From an uncultured Gammaproteobacteria bacterium (lineage in GTDB: Bacteria > Patescibacteriota > Patescibacteriia > Magasanikbacterales > GWA2-37-8): a stretch of 64,000 nucleotides of DNA. Below are positions 60,850-64,000 of the stretch, piece after piece; the stretch's first letter is position 1, and each line of letters starts with the position of its first letter. Location: the NCBI GenBank assembly GCA_964536615.1, contig CAZHYG010000002.1:45000-108999 (forward strand). The letters run 5' to 3'. The translations under genes and the position numbers were made by a program. The notes below the pieces were generated by a model. It did no database searches. It was not told the origin of the DNA and saw only the letters and a program-made list of their open reading frames with translations.

Positions 60850-62868
60850 CTATTCAAGCACCAGTTTCTTTTCTTTTTCTTCTTCTCGGTATGCTTCCAG
60901 CACATCGCCAACTTCTAATTTTAATTTACCATCAAATTGCAAACCGCCTTCGTTGCCTTCAGGCAATTCATTTACGGACTGCTTACCAGATTGCAACTGA
61001 GAAATTTTTCCTACGCCAATAATCTCTCCTTTTCTTTTCACGCGCAACTTAGCATCTTTTTTAATTTTACCAGACTCAACTCGCCCACCCACAATCATAC
61101 TGCTGCGATCGGTTCTAAATATGGCGGACACGCGCAACGAACCAAGTTCGATCGTAATCTTTTCAGGGTTCAACATTTTTTTCAACTCAGCTTTTACAAA
61201 ATCAATTAAATCATAAATAACACTGAACTGTAAGAACTGTATATTTTTATCCTGTATCATATTTTTGGCCAGTGAAACCGGAGTTACATTGAATCCAAAA
61301 ATTACACCGTGGGTCGTTTCGGCTTTAGCCACGTCGTCGGCCATAATATTTCCCAGCCCCTTGCCTACCACGCGCACACCAACTTCATCGTTTTTAATTT
61401 TTTCCAAAGATCCAATAATCGCTTCTAAAGATCCAAGCGTATCGGCTTTTACAACTATATTCAAAACTTTTTTCTGCTCTTCGTCTTCAGGATCGGCAGT
61501 CATAGATACCAATTTCTTTTCAGCACCAGACTGAATATTTTTCTTTTCTTTAATATTAATGCTGTGAGCAGAATCGGCACTGCCAACATCTAGAATGTCT
61601 CCCACCTGCGGCGCAACTTTAAAACCTAAAATACGCGCTGGACAGCTTGGGGTGGCTTCAGATAAATTTTCACCTTTATAATCTTTCATGGCGCGGACCT
61701 TGCCATAAATTTCTCCGTTTATAACTAACGGATCATTAAGCTTGAGAGTCCCTGTCTGCACAAGCACGGTTGCCACCGGACCCTGGCCCTTATCTACGTG
61801 CGCCTCAATAACAGTACCGGCTGCGGCGCGATGCGGGTTTGCTTTAATGCTATCAGCATGCACATCAGCGACCAATAACAAAACATCGAGCAGTTTATCA
61901 ATATTTAAATTTTGTTTTGCGGAAATTTCCACCATCGGCACATCACCGCCCCATTCTTCAGCCAACACATCATGCTGAGCCAAGTCTGAGCGCACCCGCT
62001 GCACATCCGCACCCTCTTTATCTATTTTATTTATCGCTACCACAATCGGCAATTTTACCGCTTTAATAATTTTTATAGCTTCAATAGTTTGCGGCTTAAC
62101 ACTATCATCTGCAGCTACTACTAATACGGCAATATCAGCAACTTTTGCGCCACGACCGCGCATAACGGAAAAAGCTTCATGGCCCGGCGTATCAATAAAC
62201 GTAAGCGGTGATTTTTCTTTGGTTTTTGGATTATTCCAAACTACTTGATATGCACCAATATGCTGAGTAATACCGCCAGCTTCTTGCGCCACCACATTGG
62301 CGCTGCGAATAGAATCAAGCAGTTTTGTTTTACCATGATCAACATGGCCCATAACCACAACAACAGGCGCTCGAGAAATATGAGCATCTTTTCCTAAAAT
62401 ATTTTCTAAATTTTCTACATGAGCGCTTTCAGCAGAAGAAGTTTCGGTCGCAGCATTATCTACAACCGTAAACCCTAATTCTTGAGCAACCAACGCAGCT
62501 GTATCATGGTCAATATTCTCATTTTGAGTTGCTAAAATACCGTTTTTCATAAACTCCATGATGAGGCGGTTTACCGGCATTTGCAAAATATCCGACAATT
62601 GTTTAACAGTTATTTTTTCTGGGATCGCCACTGTAATACCACTGCTTTTACGGGCTTCTTTTTCCAATTCTTTCTGCTTTTCTTTTTCTTTTTGCTCTCT
62701 ATCTTCCAAAATAAACTTAATGCGCTTCCACTCTTTTTGAATCTGCTGAGCTACTCTATCATCAACTTTAACCGCTTTTGCGCCAATATCAAAACCAAAC
62801 TCAGGCAGAATTTGGAGCATTTTTTGCGGATGTATTTTAAGTTTTCGGGCTAATTCGGTAACATTCAT
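60850..62868 (-). CDS. infB: Translation initiation factor IF-2
   Basis: MGHVDHGKT, EAGGITQHIGAY, DTPGHEAF, NKID. Confidence 0.98.
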   Translation of the reverse strand: MNVTELARKLKIHPQKMLQILPEFGFDIGAKAVKVDDRVAQQIQKEWKRIKFILEDREQKEKEKQKELEKEARKSSGITVAIPEKITVKQLSDILQMPVNRLIMEFMKNGILATQNENIDHDTAALVAQELGFTVVDNAATETSSAESAHVENLENILGKDAHISRAPVVVVMGHVDHGKTKLLDSIRSANVVAQEAGGITQHIGAYQVVWNNPKTKEKSPLTFIDTPGHEAFSVMRGRGAKVADIAVLVVAADDSVKPQTIEAIKIIKAVKLPIVVAINKIDKEGADVQRVRSDLAQHDVLAEEWGGDVPMVEISAKQNLNIDKLLDVLLLVADVHADSIKANPHRAAAGTVIEAHVDKGQGPVATVLVQTGTLKLNDPLVINGEIYGKVRAMKDYKGENLSEATPSCPARILGFKVAPQVGDILDVGSADSAHSINIKEKKNIQSGAEKKLVSMTADPEDEEQKKVLNIVVKADTLGSLEAIIGSLEKIKNDEVGVRVVGKGLGNIMADDVAKAETTHGVIFGFNVTPVSLAKNMIQDKNIQFLQFSVIYDLIDFVKAELKKMLNPEKITIELGSLRVSAIFRTDRSSMIVGGRVESGKIKKDAKLRVKRKGEIIGVGKISQLQSGKQSVNELPEGNEGGLQFDGKLKLEVGDVLEAYREEEKEKKLVLE

Positions 62869-62978
62869 GCGATTTAATGTTTAGAAAGAGTAATACCCGC
62901 TAGTATATAGAAGTTACAGTAAAAAGTCAATCGGGCGATATTGTATTTTTTCATATTTCCGCCTATGATACCGGCTAT

Positions 62979-63644
62979 ATGGATTTTTTACTTGTAAACA
63001 AACCTGCAGGATGGACCAGCTTTGATGCCGTGGCTTATGTGCGCAAACATGCGGATACTGCTTCGCTGCGCACCGACAGCAAACAAAAACGGGTTAGGGT
63101 TGGCCATGCTGGCACACTCGATCCGTTTGCCACGGGCCTGCTTATCATTGGCGTGGGACGAGAAGCAACCAAACAACTTGACCAATGCAAAGCAATGCCA
63201 AAAACATACCAGGCCGTGATTATGCTGGGAAAAACCAGTACTACCCAGGATAAAACCGGAGTCATTACCGAAAACACTATAACTGACACTCAAATTCCAG
63301 ACAAAGACAAAATTACTGAAGTATTACAATCAATGACCGGCATACAGATGCAAACACCCCCTATGTTTTCCGCAAAGAAAATAAACGGCCAGCGGCTTTA
63401 TACCCTGGCCAGAAAAGGTATTGAGGTGGAAAGAAAGCCAAATCAGGTAGAAATAACAAGCATACATCTGTTAGAATATAGCTGGCCGCTCCTTACCATA
63501 GAGGTTGAGTGTTCTGCCGGCACTTATATCCGCACTCTTGCACAAGACATTGGCGAAAAATTAGGCACCGGGGCATACTGCCAAGAACTAACCCGTACAC
63601 GCATCGGTCCATATTCTTTATCTAACGCTATAAACTTAACTTAA
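62979..63644 (+). CDS. truB: tRNA pseudouridine(55) synthase
   Basis: KP.G.TS, GHAGTLDPFATG, PP.FSA.K..G..LY.LAR, GTYIRTL, L.RTRIG. Confidence 0.96.
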   Translation: MDFLLVNKPAGWTSFDAVAYVRKHADTASLRTDSKQKRVRVGHAGTLDPFATGLLIIGVGREATKQLDQCKAMPKTYQAVIMLGKTSTTQDKTGVITENTITDTQIPDKDKITEVLQSMTGIQMQTPPMFSAKKINGQRLYTLARKGIEVERKPNQVEITSIHLLEYSWPLLTIEVECSAGTYIRTLAQDIGEKLGTGAYCQELTRTRIGPYSLSNAINLT

Positions 63645-63663
63645 ATAAACTAAGCTATAAGAT

Positions 63664-63876
63664 ATGCCGAAACCAATAGAATGGATGCCAAACCAAGACC
63701 AACCCTCTCCTGTATCTCCAGAAGAAATCCAATGAAGAATTGACCGTGAAAAAGAAAAGCAAAACCCACCACCGCCAAGACCGGTAGTTGAAATAGATAT
63801 CACCCCACCACCAACTGACGAACCACCAAAAAGTGACGACGAATCAAAACGAGGGGTTTGGGAAACCGACATCTAG
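63664..63876 (+). pseudogene. Small acidic Pro-rich ORF interrupted by an in-frame TGA at codon 24
   Basis: MPKPIEWMPNQDQPSPVSPEEIQ*RIDREKEKQNPPPPRPVVEIDITPPPTDEPPKSDDESKRGVWETDI; TGA at 63733-63735. Confidence 0.5.
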
Positions 63877-63881
63877 ACAGT

Positions 63882-63910
63882 TTGACAAAACAGACCTGCA
63901 ATGTTACCAT
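63882..63910 (+). promoter_or_regulatory. Sigma70 promoter for a gene beyond the window
   Basis: TTGACA-N17-TACCAT with TG extension. Confidence 0.55.
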
Positions 63911-64000
63911 ACGCACATCATTAAATAATTAACGATTTTTAAGTCTTTTTATTCCGTAACCGTTAAGAAGTATTGGAAAAAAACGATTGTTTGAACTATA

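Noticed and set aside
63636-63872. 78-aa minus-strand ORF
   Set aside because: Low-complexity antisense of the more protein-like plus-strand frame at 63664-63876.

Overview
This is an AT-rich, gene-dense bacterial window. By inference from gene content it belongs to a CPR/Patescibacteria (Parcubacteria-like) organism: a monoderm-type PrgI/VirB4 T4SS locus next to comF, a split comEC, short YidC and IF-2, few Shine-Dalgarno sites, and LeuRS with inserted domains. It uses the standard code (TGA stops are used and prfB is present). In order it contains: a surface glycosylation cluster (SDR, methyltransferase, GT2, GT-C, O-antigen-ligase-TPR); an ABC-F gene; tandem tRNA-Ser genes with ACT and GCT anticodons; a three-ATP-grasp peptide-ligase locus with a ligase-protease-DUF1704 fusion; ogt; sufCBDSU-sufT; comF; a T4SS-like cluster with a 2537-aa Cys-rich protein; rsmA, MFS, DUF4015, tsaC, prfB; groESL with a variant CIRCE; yidC and nusA; split comEC with pyrD; leuS, trxA, infB and truB. 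The main candidates for novelty are: (1) two isolated very GC-rich single-gene units sharing one layout (consensus promoter, 5' hairpins, real SD, 3' hairpins), one of them inside the T4SS locus; (2) the ATP-grasp/DUF1704 'writer-eraser' fusion; (3) a tRNA-Ser(ACT); (4) LeuRS carrying intact Nudix and alpha/beta-hydrolase domains. All product calls come from motif recognition by eye; no database search was run.
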